The notes under the pieces: model-generated
Seen by the model: only the letters and a program-made list of their open reading frames with translations
Database searches by the model: none
Told to the model about the DNA's origin: nothing
NCBI GenBank assembly: GCA_013239625.1
Contig: MU053758.1
Location: 2,915,854-2,979,853, forward strand
From: Lama guanicoe
Taxonomy: Eukaryota
Reading direction: 5' to 3'
DNA: 64,000 bases
Part shown: piece after piece, positions 37,289 to 49,912 of the stretch
Layout: each line of letters begins with the position of its first letter
Position numbering within the stretch: the stretch's first letter is position 1
Made by a program: the position numbers and the translations under genes

Positions 37289-39069
37289 GGCGCTGGGGAC
37301 AGACGCGGGGCGGACAGTCAGGGGCTGGGAAGGATCGGGTCCCCCAGTCCTCCGAGCCCGTCGTGGTGGGGTCACTTAGACCTCCTCTAACTTTGAGGTG
37401 AGCCAGGGGGTCAGCTAGGCCTAGGTTTAGCAGGGACTTTGAGGAAATTAAGGACAGTATGGGGCGGGGGGCGGGAGGGGTTCAGTGCTTCTCAACTGTG
37501 GTGTCCTTCTCTTTGGGGCAGAAGGGCACTGGGGAGGCGCTCCACCTGGTGCTTTAGTCAGACACCTATGGTCCTGGTTGGTTGGACCCTGTGCTCCTCC
37601 AGAGTCCCAGTTCATGGGAAAGGAACTTGGAGATCAGACCCGCCAGCCCCTGACTGCATTTGTAGAAGCAGAAACCCCAGGATGCTTTCCATGGGCAAGA
37701 GTGATTCCCCCAAACCCAGGACTGCCACCCAGTTTGGTACCCCTGGGAAAGCTGGAGCCAGCAAACCCAGAGGGACTCACCTCCTTTCTCTGCCCACCGC
37801 TTCTCTTGTCCTTTTTACTACTGTGAACTCCTCTCAGAATTGAAGAGTGGACAGAAAGGTATCCCCACTTCCATGACTCTGTCAGGATCCTTTGTCCGAG
37901 GTGTCTCCTGCCATTTGATCCCAGCGTGGTGGAATGCTAGCCCCAGGCTTCTCCCATCTCCTCCCTGGTGTCCCTCTGTCCAGTTTCCCATATCTCACGA
38001 CAGCCTCCCCAACACACCCACGCAACCCCCGACAGGTCCCACAGGTCCCTGATGCTCCTAGACCCTCACCCATCCCCACTCACCCTGTTGCTGGAACTGG
38101 GATGTTAAAGCTGGGTGAAGGATCTTGGGAGATGTCTGGGACCTGTTCCTCCTGGTCCCTCTTTCATTTTCCCTTTTGGATTTGGCCAGGATGGATGACA
38201 AGACAGGATGGCTGAGAGGGGCTAGCTCTCCCCCTTCTCTTAAAGGGACAGGGTGACCCTATTGGCTGGCTCCACCCCTGGGAACAGACCCAGGGCCACA
38301 CCCCTTGCTGGCCCTCCCTTTCCATCCCCCCTCACGCACCTATACCCCCACCCTCATCCCCATCCCACAACTGTGTCTCCAACTGGAAATTAGAGAAGGG
38401 GTTAACCAGAGCTGTGCCTCTTATTGAGGGAACCCATCCCCAACAGACTCCCCTAAATTGGAAGGCCTAGATCCACTACCAACTGACTGTCCCCTTTGAA
38501 GGCGGTCCTCAGGCCTGGAGCGGGGTTCTGTGGTCGTGTTGGGGGAACTGGTATTTTAAGAGGCAGCAGACACCTAGTAACTCTCGCTGTAGCTCTGCCA
38601 CTGCTAACCTTGGACAAGTTACTCAGCTCTTCCAGGCCAGAGTCTCCTGGCTTGTCCACTGGGGAGGCCAGGCCAGGTGACCCCTAGGTCTCCTTCATGG
38701 CTCTATGTCTTGATGCTAAGGTCCCAACCATGTTACAGAGAACAAAAAAAGCCCATGCCTGGAAAAAAAATCCTGTATGGAAAAACATTAGGTCTCAAGA
38801 GTGTCTGGCTTTGGTAGTTAAAGCTTTTGCTTCCTTCCTGCTTTTCTGTAATTTCCAGATTTACTATAATGAGCGTGTCATTTTATAATGTGAAAAATAA
38901 ATAGAGGGAAAGGCTTCTTTTCCCCCATGAGGCTCTGAACTGTCACCTTCTTGGTGGCAGGAGAAGCTGTCCCCTAGGGGAGGGGACTTAGGATGACCTA
39001 TGGTGACCAGAGCAGCCAGGGAAGGGACACTTCAAGACTGAGAAGTCTATTTGTCCCTTCTGCCTTTTT

Positions 39070-39212
39070 AAAAAATTTTCAGTTTTTTTCAAGTTTGATC
39101 ATTTTCCTTTGCTGTTCGTTTATTTTTTTGTGTAGGGGGAGGTAATGAGGACTGAACCCAGGACCTCGTGCATCCTAAGCAGGCACTCTGCCACTGAGCT
39201 GCATCCTCCCCC
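39070..39212 (-). mobile_element. tRNA-derived SINE (Vic-1-like)
   Basis: Reverse-strand A/B box-like sequence (agctcagtggcagag, gggttcagtcc). Flanking near-duplicate ctgccttt(t/c)ta at about 39060 and 39216. Confidence 0.75.
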
Positions 39213-40489
39213 GCTCTGCCTTTCTAGGCATCTGCCGAGCCTGCACACCGTTCTCCTCCCTCACCTGTGCCCCTGCTCTAGGCCAGGCCCTGCCTCGCCC
39301 ATCACACGAATTAGCTCATTTAATCCCCTTGATGATCCCGGCAGGAGGGAAGCGGAGATTCAGAGGGTCTAAGCCGCTTGGCATAGTCACGCAGCAAGAA
39401 ATAGCAGGGTCTGGCCTCATGCCCAGCCTCACTGGTTCTGAGCTCATGTTCTTAGGCTCGTCGTGGAAATGTCCCCACTCCAGCCTGGCTGGGCCTCCCA
39501 GGTGGTGTCTCACGGCCTGCCGGTCCCTGGGGCTTTGTGTGGGGCTGGTGGGCATCATGCCAGGATTCACTTCTTTGGTGACACTTTCTCTTCTCTTCAG
39601 CTATGGGGGCCTGTATGGTTTCCCATGTGCTGATGGGGGCCTCTGGCCCGATTTCAAGAAGGGGTGGGAAACATGTCTTTCATCTACACTGGCTTAGGGG
39701 CCTAGCCCAGCCTGGAAAAACCCTAGGTCACTGCTTGGGAGTGCTGGGGTTCCCTTGGGACCAGGCCTGGGTGGGGAGACACCAGCCTGGACCAAGTCCA
39801 AAGGGAAGCACATGCTGGGGCCCATTCAAAAAACAGGATGTGGGATGGGGGCACTGCCGACCTCCCCATTCCCAGCCGCCACTTGCTCCTGGCAAAGCTG
39901 CTCCCTGACCCCCAGTCCCTGCCCCCAGCCATGTGGGCTCTGGGACACACCTCATCTCCCTTGGAACGGTCCCTGCCCTGTCCTCCTGATCACTGCTGGG
40001 TTGGGCCACCAGCCCAGCCTGGAAAAAACCCCATCAGATCAGACCCATCTGCCTGTGGAGAGTGGAAAGTGACAGGTGGTGGGCTGGGGGGAGGCAGGAC
40101 GTGGAGAGCCCACGGTCACCCTGTGCTGTCCCCAGCCCCTGATGCCACAGGGCCAGACACAGGAGGCTCTGCAATCTCCAGGGCCCGTCCTCCCTCCCAG
40201 ATAGCGCCGTCCAGCCTGGGAGGTGTTGCTGATGCTGCCCAGAGCTGGTGGCACATGGCCCATTCTTGGCCATACTTGAGGTCTGGGGCTGGGCTCAGAG
40301 GCCTGTCCTGCCCTGGTCCACATTCATTCTCTGTCCCAAACACCTCACCTTGGCCAATCAGGTCGTCCATCGCCCATGAACACACACCTGCAGGCAAACA
40401 CACGTTTGTACCTGGTAAATTAATACCCATGACATCAAGACACAACTGTATTTTCTCTCCCCTGCGTCCCTCTAATGTTTTAAAAAGTC

Positions 40490-40790
40490 TTTACATAGAT
40501 GTTGCCTTTTAGTGAGCCCAGTCTTAGCTGCTCTAACTGGAATTAACTCCCTCCTTCCTATCCCCTTTCTCAGCTTTTATTTCCTTTTCACTGACCACTT
40601 CATAACATATTTTCTATTTTTCTTATTTATCCTATGTAGCATCTGTCTCCTCTGTTAGCATGTAAGTTTCCTTGGGAGGGGTAGTTTTGGTGTTTTATTC
40701 ACTGTCCCGTTCCCAGCATCTAGAACAGTTCCTGGCACATAGTGGAAGATCAGTGACTATTTGTCGGACAGATGAATAAATGCGTGAATT
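40490..40790 (+). mobile_element. L2 3' end fragment
   Basis: ttcactgtcccgttcccagcatctagaacagttcctggcacatagt...gatgaataaatg. Confidence 0.65.
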
Positions 40791-42289
40791 GGGGTTGGAG
40801 AGTTTGCAGAGGGTGCAGCCCTTCTCTGCCCCAAATGATGAGGACCCCAGAGGTCCTCTGACTCAGTTGCTCACTCTGGTCTCCTCCAGGGTTTGTGATC
40901 ACTAAAGTGGTCAATTCGGTCTGGATCGGATATCAGAATGCAGTGTTATCACCAGCTGGGACCTGCTTCCCTGTCCAGTCTTATCTCCTCCCTTGGCTCT
41001 ATAATTTTTTAAGACTGGTTTCGGGTGTAACAGCAAAAATACTAAACAATGGCTCAAACGAGAGAGCAGCTGTTTCTTTTTCACATAAAAGGAGGAGGGT
41101 GGCGGGCTGTTCAGTGCTGGTGGGCAGCTCTACACCCCAAAGTCCTAGGGGGGCCTGCTCCTTCCAAACCCTTCCCTCGGTGTGGCTCCCCCACAATGAT
41201 CCAGAGAGTCTGTTCCTATTCCAGGCAGTGGATGGAGAAACAGATGCAGGCGGAAGAAATCGGTGCAAGGACATCTCTCTAAAAAGTACCTGGGAAACTG
41301 TCGCATGACTGACCTCGAATATCATTGGCCGGGATGACCTTCCGTGACGAAGCTCGGGAAAGGTAAGCTCTATTCTAAGTGGCCTGGCATGGAAGAAGGG
41401 AGGATGTCACCCTCACTGTCACAAATCTGCTTCTGGCCTCCACGCTGAGATGGGGAGTCAGAGAGACTCGGTTTCCCCCAAGCCTGCCCCCAGCAACAGC
41501 CTCTGCACAGCTTCTCGCTGAGGGAAAGGGACATCTCTTCAGTCTTGCTTGTCATCTTGTCCCCACGTCCTTCCACCGCTGCACCTCTGGGCCTTCGTTC
41601 ACGTGCGTCTGCCAGGTCCTGTTCCCCCTTTCTCATCCTCGGGCAGAGACGTCACTACTGCCAACTGGAGGCCCCCACCTGGTCTGTCTTCCCCGGCTCA
41701 CCCATTTCTAGGCTGCCCATGTTGCACCTTTGCTCAGGAAGGATGATACCTGGGCCTGAGGGTGGCTGGGCCCTGCAGGCAGCCTCATCTGGGAGTCCCT
41801 CTTCCTTTCCTGAAAGCTCAGATGAGAGAAACTGCTTCGGGATTGAGATGGGGAAGGGGTGGGCTTGAGTTATTAAGAGGCATCTTTCATGTCCCTTTCC
41901 CCATCCTTGCAGCTCTGAACGGCCCCTGTTTGTAAGTGCCAAGATGTATAAGCGACCATAAACACTGCCTGTGGCCTTGTGACCTTCTCTTCATCACCCT
42001 GGGGGGGATGTGGGATCAGGTTAACTAACGATAAATTGGTGGGCAGAGCAAAGTAACTCCCTCCCTGAAAGCAATACTCCTGGGTCCAAAGGACTGCCCT
42101 TCCTGCTCCCTGGAAAGGCACAGCAGATCACTAGAGGCAGAAGGCAAAGCTGTCTCCGGGCTGGGCTTCCTTTCCTCCAGCTGTAAGATCTCTTTGCACT
42201 CACTGGGATGTGCTGGGGCCACCTTGAGGCCAGTGAAGATTCTGTCTTACTTGAAAGAAAGAAATCGGACACCAGAATGTGCTGAGGCA

Positions 42290-42910
42290 GAATGTAAGGG
42301 GGAGGGTAAAATGATACAACTGCTTTGAAAAATTTTGGCAGTTTCGTATATAAAGGTAAACATATGCTAAACAAATGACCAACAATTCCACTTCTAGGTG
42401 GAAGTTTCATCTTCTCAGAGAAATGAAAAAAATAATGTCTATAAAAAAGATTTGCACTCTGATGTTCATAACAGCCTGATTTATAATAGGCCCAAGCTGG
42501 AAGCAACCCAGATGTCTATCAGCAAGTGAATGCATAAACAAGTCCGTACAATGGAATAACATTCAGCAATTTAAAAAGAAGGAACAACTGATACATGCAA
42601 CAATACGGATAAATTTCAAAAACATTATGCCAAATGAAAGAAGCCACACCCCGAAGCATATATACTCTTATGGAATATGGAATTCTGGAATAGATAAAAC
42701 CAACAGCTGGAACCAACCTGTAATGGTAGAAATCAGATCAGTGTTTGGGGTCAGGGCTGAGGAGACACCTAAAAGCTTCATGGGGTGATGGAAATGTTTT
42801 AGATCTCGATTGTGATGGTGGTTGGGCAAGAGTATACAGTTGCCAAAAGTCATCAGTCTATATACTTAGAATGAGTGCATAAATAAAAAATAAAGTTGAT
42901 TTAAAACGAA
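42290..42910 (+). mobile_element. Old L1 (L1M-type) 3' fragment
   Basis: caattccacttctaggt; ctggaagcaacccagatgtctatcagc; aataaa and A-rich end. Confidence 0.8.
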
Positions 42911-43613
42911 AAAAATAATGTTGGTCTGTGCTGAAATTCTTTTTTTTTTTTTTGGATTTGTAACTTACTAATTTTATTGAGATTTGTTTTATGCCCTACC
43001 ACACAGCCTGTCTTGGAGAATGTTCCATGTGTACTTTTTTTTTTCTTTCAACATGTGCTGAAATTCTTTTGCAGAAATGATGAAAGTAAGACTTTCTCTA
43101 AGTCATCAACACACCTTTCTCTCCAACTTTCTGGGCAAACGTCCTTCTTCTTCCTCATCCTTCGTCCTCTTGTGCTCCCACATTGGTCATCCTCCCCACC
43201 ACTTTACAACCACCTCTTTCCCATTCTTTATGAAACAACAGTTTGGCTCGCTCCTACCAGTCTGAGTCTGATGTCTGAAGGAGGCTTTTGTGCACAAAAT
43301 CAGTATCCTTGGGTTTGAAGTTATATTCAGTTTATTAAAACTTTAAGAGATCTAACTTTTTCCTTTTAGGCCTTCAAGTTTAATTTATACATTCTAGTAT
43401 TTTATTTACACATTTAATAGTTTGAGTATAAAAATTAGAATAACCATCTTCATTTGAACTTTAATTAATATTTAACTATAATTTTGAGAAGTTAAATTTG
43501 TTAGACAGTGGACACCTGATATCCATTAATTACAAACCTGGTTAAATTTCCAAACATTTCCAATGCTGAAAACTCCAACAAGTAATATCTTTATATACAT
43601 TAAAACAACTCCT

Positions 43614-43752
43614 GGGAGAAGAGTATAGCTAAGTGGTAGAGTGTGTGCTTAACTTGCAGGAGATTCTGAGTTCAATACCCAGTACTTCCATATAAATAAA
43701 TAAACGAATAAGTAAATAAATAAATACCTACCCCTCCAAAAAAAATTAAATT
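43614..43752 (+). mobile_element. tRNA-derived SINE (Vic-1-like)
   Basis: gtatagctaagtggtagag...gagttcaataccc, (TAAA)n tail, imperfect TSD aaaa(c/a)a(a/c)ctcctg. Confidence 0.8.
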
Positions 43753-44145
43753 AAAAAAACCTCCTGTAAACCTAATCAACCAAATGTAGTAATTCAAGTT
43801 CTTTTCAGTTTTACAATAGTGTTCAAAAATTTCAACAAATTTCTTAAACTTTTACAATTAAAATCTCATCTCATACAAAAATAAATTATACATTCAATTC
43901 AAAATTACAGGGCTAGTCTGTCAGAGTCCCTTGCTCAAATTCTCTTCAACATTAAGAACATTAAAAATATATACTACAAACACATCCTGAATGATTATGA
44001 AACATTCCTAATTTTAAGACAAAATTATAAATACTGTGGGTTCGATTATTTCATCATTTCTATGTTTCTAGGTTTACCTTCAAGGTTGTATTTAGAGCCA
44101 TCTACCCAGCTCAGAACAGTGTAATCACATCAGGTGGACTGAGAA

Positions 44146-44402
<257 letters not shown>

Positions 44403-44754
44403 TTGTGCTGAAACCTGGGAATGAAGGACTGAGAATTTCTAAATCAAAAACATCAAGACTGAGATTCAGGGTTAGAAGTTCAACATTGAGAATTGGGCCC
44501 AGGTTGACTCTTTCCTCACAGCTGAGCCCCATCTGCTTTGTTAGCAGGGTCCCCAAGCTCACCCCTTTCAGTGGGAATTTGTTTTAGAATTCAGTTTGGC
44601 TGATTGCTCACAATTAAGCTTAGATTAAGTTTTCTTGATGAGACTTCTACATGGGTAATGATGTATGCTTACCTTTGCATCACATCAGGGGCATATTATG
44701 TCATTTTGTCCCATTACTTGCATGCTAAATTTGATGTCTTGGTTAATGTAGTAT

Positions 44755-47697
44755 TGGAACCCAGCAGGACCCTATGGGGCCTTCCCGGAACAGACCCCTA
44801 CCCCCATATCCTCGGCAGTAGCTCCTCTCTGAAGTACCCAGATAATAGATTCTCATGCAGATTTCCTGAGTTTTTCAGGTGCTAAAACCCACCACCAAAT
44901 GGAAGAAATTAACTACTTGATGATCCTGAGCAGGTAGCCCCCAGATCCTCTGGAGCCTAAGGATTGAGCACCATCAACCAATCAGAACTGTGCACAGCTG
45001 GTACACACAGGGGGATGCCCCTCCCTCAGCTAGCCTTTAAAAATGCTCAGCTGAAACCCTCCAGGGGAGTTTGAGGGGTTTTTTGGACAGGAGCCACCCA
45101 TTCTTCTTACTAAGCCCAGAAGTAAACCTTTCTCTGCTCCAAACTCCCATGTTTCGATATTGTTTGGCCTCAGTGTGCCTCAGGCACATGAACATGCAAC
45201 CAGTTTTGGCCAAGCCAGCCAGGAACCAGCAGTGCCCACGGCAGGTCCACCCTGGCTAAGGGCAGCCCCTACCCTGGGTCCCCAGCAGCTGCTGGAGCTC
45301 ACTTTACTCTGGGGAACTGGGAGGGACTCCCCCTGACAGGCACTGGCCACCTTGTGGCCCGGGGCTGTTTGGAGCCGAGAAACGTCTGGAGCCATGGTGC
45401 ATACTCGGTGTCGCCTCGGGGTGAGTCCATCCGGCTTGTGCAGGATGCGAAATCTCTCCACTCCATCTGGGCTCATTCCCTTGTGGGAAACCAGCCACTC
45501 TGGTCTGTTCTCTTTCGGGAGATGGGCCAATCTGTTTGGCGGCCTCCATCTGGGCAGAGAAGTAGTTTTTAAACTACATCTCCTCTGATTGTCTGTCTGT
45601 GTGACCGTAGCTTGTTTGCGTTTCTGTGTGTATCCTTTTAGGGTGAGCCATTCCAGCTTGTGCAGGATGGGAAGTTCCACCTGCTCTGCCTGGGCGCAGC
45701 CCCTTCTGGGAAGTGAGCCTTTCTGGGCTCACTGGGAGCCACTCTGGATCCATTCTTTTTTGGGAGCCAGGCCACTCTGGACTTCTTGACAAGTACAGGT
45801 TCCTTTTAAATCATACTACTGAGCTGGGTAAGATATTTTAAAAAAATCTAATGAAAACCCTATTTCATAAAACTTAGTAAAAAGGATTGGTTGCATAGGG
45901 TTTGAGTGAATTGATGAATATGGTTATAATTTTCTTATTCTCTGAAGAATTACTGGCTTTCAATCTGTTTTCTAATTGAACTGTTTACCAAATGTTTGTT
46001 TCCCTATCAATACTGCCCCCAATGTTTAGGATAGAAAGAGAATTCTCTAGTGGAGTTGTCACAGAGTGTAATTACTCCTGATGTGTAACAATGCTTGCTT
46101 TAAATCTAATGCTAAAAGCACACGTACTATGTTTGTGTAACAACTGGGTGTAAGTGATAAAATGTGTAGCCTGTAAAGTGTTTCCCCATTAATGTACCTC
46201 TGAGTCTGTTCACAATATCTGATTAGTTTTCCCCAACGTGGATAGGAAATCTAAAAGGAGGCCCAGCATCAAGGGACATGGGCTAAACCTGGGGCAGGAG
46301 CCACCACCCCAGCATCACGGGACAGATATTTCACTCATCAGTGTTTTCTATTGAAAGATTTGCAATCAAAAGGGGAAATGATGGAAAACCCTGCAAGTGT
46401 TGAGCTACGGGGAAGTCATTCTGACTTATACATGGTTTAACTTCAGCTTTACGGACCAAAGTGGCCTGTTTTATGGCTGTCTGTACACGCATTGCACATC
46501 TGCTTTGGTCTTGAAAAGGGGAATGCGTTTGAAAATCTATGTGGAGTAGCTGCGGCTTAGACATCCAAGGTAAAACGAGGTAGCCACTGTGGATGTGATT
46601 TCAGACACATTCTCAAATTTTCTGATGCCACCAGCCATTCTCAAAGTCTCAGTGTCTGCTGGCAGGTGGCAACTGCAACCTTATGACCTCAAGTTCTCCT
46701 CTTGTAACTATTCAATTTTTAAATGATAAAATTACTTTTGGTCATATGTTAGCAGTAAAAAGATAGGTGTAGTGGCCAATAGCGCCTGTTGTATATATAC
46801 ATTATTACCACATCAAAAGATAAAACTACTCAGATGAAAGTAGACAGCTGGCTACCTAGCTGCAAGTCTGCCCCAAAGTGCCAGGTGCAGACTGATTTTC
46901 AGGCTTATTCCTTTGAATTCCTCAGGGAATGAGATCTTAAATTTATAACACTTATAAGATCCAGGACTTGGAACTCTGGAATATTTCCAACTAGGTATCC
47001 ATTTCCCAGATCAAGGTAGGACTATGCCCCCCTTTCAGGAGGCAGTAGCCAGAGCTACTGTCACCCCCTTCCCTGAAAGATCTGGGGAGGGATGAAACGG
47101 GATTGGAGATTGAAGCTGAGTTCCTCTGCCAGGTTGTTGATGAAACTTTCTATCCAAAATATGATTCTCCAACACCTGTTCTCCTCAAGATTGAGGAGTA
47201 TCAAAGGAAAGAGCGGAATTGTAACCGAGCAGGACCCTATGGGGCCTTCCCGGGACAGATCCCTCCCAGATACCCTCTGCTGTAGCTCCTCTCTGAAGGA
47301 TCCGGACAATACTGTCTGATGCAGACCTCCTGAGTTTTTCAGATGCTAAAACCCACCACCAAATGGAAGAAATTAACTACTTGATGATTATGGGCACCAG
47401 AAGCTCGTTGCCCCCAGACCCTCTAGAGCCTAAGGATTGATCAGCAAGAACAAATTGATCACTGTCAACCAACCAGAACTGTGCACAGCTGATCACATCC
47501 CATTGGATGCCTCTCCCTCAGCTCGCCTTTGAAAATGCTCAGCTGAAACGCTTTGGGGAGTTTGAGGTTTTTGGAACATGAGACATCGGTTCTCCTTGCC
47601 TGATCCTGCAATAAACTTCTCTGTACTCCAAATTCTAATGCTTCAATATTGTTTGGCCTCACTGTGCGTCAGGCACATGAACCGGTGCTCGATAACA
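44755..47697 (+). mobile_element. Internally deleted ERV1-like provirus with two diverged LTRs
   Basis: LTRs at about 44755-45202 and 47220-47697 share long blocks (agcaggaccctatggggccttccc; gctaaaacccaccaccaaatggaagaaattaactacttgatgat). 3' LTR reads TGTAAC...TAACA. PBS-like tggccaagccagccagga at 45207-45224; purine tract aaaggaaagagcggaa before the 3' LTR; 4-bp TSD GTAT/GTGT. Confidence 0.88.
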
Positions 47698-48208
47698 GTG
47701 TCTGCCAGAACTCCATCGTATAGGCAAGGTTTTGCTTTGAAATTTATTAAAGTTGGGGATTTATTCATTATAGGTTAAAGTATGTGTTTATGTTCTCATT
47801 TTTAGCCTTTTCATTTTTTTTGCTTCATATCTATTGTTTAGCAGACTATTAGCAAAGACTAGCACATAATTTGGATATGCATCCCTGAATTCTACAACCA
47901 TACATGTGGTAATGAAACTATTTCTCCATCCTGTTCAAACTGTTCCATCTGGCAAGAAGATACATTCGTGGTTCCTATGGCAATTCTTCAAGGCAGAATC
48001 CATAGTTTCCCCATTATAAATCTCTCCACAGTAACTTACACTGTATGTTCTGGTCAATTCCAGATCATACTGGTAGGTGATATTTTTAGTTCTCTTTTAA
48101 ATGGGTTTCTCCCATAAAAACACACAGAATCTGGGATTACACCGGCTCTAACAGGGGGTCAGAGTATCACTTAGAAGGAATATTGGCCACTATTTCCCCC
48201 TCACTTTT

Positions 48209-48304
48209 TTGGTTTGTTTTTTAAATGGAGATACTGGGGATTGAACACAGGACCTCATGCATGTTAAGCATTCACTCTACCAACTGAGCTATACCCACCC
48301 ACCC
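48209..48304 (-). mobile_element. tRNA-derived SINE (Vic-1-like), first of a tandem pair
   Basis: tggagatactggggattgaacacaggacctc...ctgagctatacc, flanked by tccccctcactttt. Confidence 0.85.
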
Positions 48305-48321
48305 TCCCCCTCACTTTTATT

Positions 48322-48428
48322 TATTTACAATAAATTTTATTTATTTTTCCTTAGTGGAGGCACTGGGGATTGAACCCAGGACCCCATGCATGCCAAGCAT
48401 GCTCCCTACCACTGAGCCATAACCCCCA
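48322..48428 (-). mobile_element. tRNA-derived SINE (Vic-1-like), second of a tandem pair
   Basis: tggaggcactggggattgaacccagg...ctgagccataacc, flanked by ccctcacttttatt. Confidence 0.85.
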
Positions 48429-49912
48429 CCCTCACTTTTATTAACATTGTGATTTTTTTTCTCACAATGATTTAAGACTCATATATTGTCAGAAGGGAGT
48501 TTTATGCGTTATTACCAAAAGCTGCAGCCCAAGCAAAAGAGGTATGCTAGCTGCATTGTGGTGGCTGTTTCAGACCTTGGAAAGTGACTTTACAAGAGGT
48601 TCAGCATCATCACATCATTGCAGTGTGGCTGGGACAGCTGAGCACAGGACAGCAGGCTTACCCCTGTCTGCTCAGCCTCCTGTGTCATATCTTTCAGCAG
48701 GTCTCTGATTTAAGTTCTCTGTCTACCCATGCTCCTCCAGTTTATAGTTGTAGCCTTCACAACAAAGCAGAGATGAATTTATGTGGACAAAGAGCATCAG
48801 GGTGTTTGGAAATCTTGCTGTGCACTGGGCCTGTGACAGTAATTTCGGGTCTGAAGGCCGTTTGGGGTTGGCTTGTTTTTACTGATTCCTTTTTGTATTT
48901 TTCAGAGCAACTTGACTGCCTTGCTCTGGAGATGCCGTTATCAGGAGTTGCCTCTGCCCAACCTTATGCAGATCAGCTGGTGGGCTGCATAGCTGGGAAC
49001 TTTTTCTATCTGGGGGTCGTACAAACAGAGGAGTAAAGACTGCAAGGCTCTTTGGAACATGCTTTAATGGAAATCATCATCTCTTTAGTCATTCCAAGGA
49101 ATCCACTTCGATGTGGTTGAGAAGCATTGGGAAGGTGATCCTGGGTTCAACTCTAACCGTACCTCGGCAGCTTCGTGAACTGTCTCCTCATTTTCCACAG
49201 TAAATTGTCACTGCTGAGGGCACCTATCAGTAGGTCAGGTAGCAGCTGCGTGAAGGCTTTCTGGTGGTACCCAGAAGGCAATTTGTACCTTTTAGAAGGA
49301 GACTAATCTTTTAGCATTTTAATTCCTTACAACTGAAGAGGTTGACAAAACTCAAAAATTTTCTGCATTTATTATTTAAAAATATTTGACACTGTTGCAA
49401 CACCTCTTCGACTTGTAGAAAGCATAAATGCTGTCATTTATTGCCACGTTACTGTGTGGGCGTACGTTACTCTTAAGGCATTGCAGTGATACCAATATTC
49501 CCTAGGTGTGAGTGTGAATACTGTCACTAGTTCATTCATAAACATGGCCTGAAATAAGGACTACACATTGCAAGGACCCCCTTATGGCAAGGGAGCTCAG
49601 TGCCTTCAACAGCAAACACTGTGCCAGCGAGGAGCTGCTCTTTGTTTTAACTGTTCCAGCAGACACAGCATATTCAAGATTGGTCTCTTCTTGTTGTGAT
49701 GGACATGACTGTATTCTATTTCTATCTTTAGGACCAGACTGGAAAAGTCATTGTAATGAAAGAGAATCAAGTGAATGAAGATCAAGTGAATGATTCCTAA
49801 GTAGAGAAAGGAGGAACTCCATGTGATCTTACATTCAGAATGAAGACTGCCTTATTCACTATCCTATGTCATCCTGGATTCTTTAGGTACCAAAATGGAC
49901 TTTGGAGTTTTT

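Noticed and set aside
37289..37375. 29-aa N-terminal extension of GJD3 in the ORF track
   Set aside because: Non-ATG start that runs through a splice-acceptor-like sequence; connexins begin at MGEW.
36410..37390. 326-aa + strand ORF antisense to GJD3
   Set aside because: Mirror of a very GC-rich CDS, which lacks antisense stops; no recognisable protein features.
48584..49036. 150-aa + strand ORF
   Set aside because: Non-ATG start, no recognisable motif or splice context.
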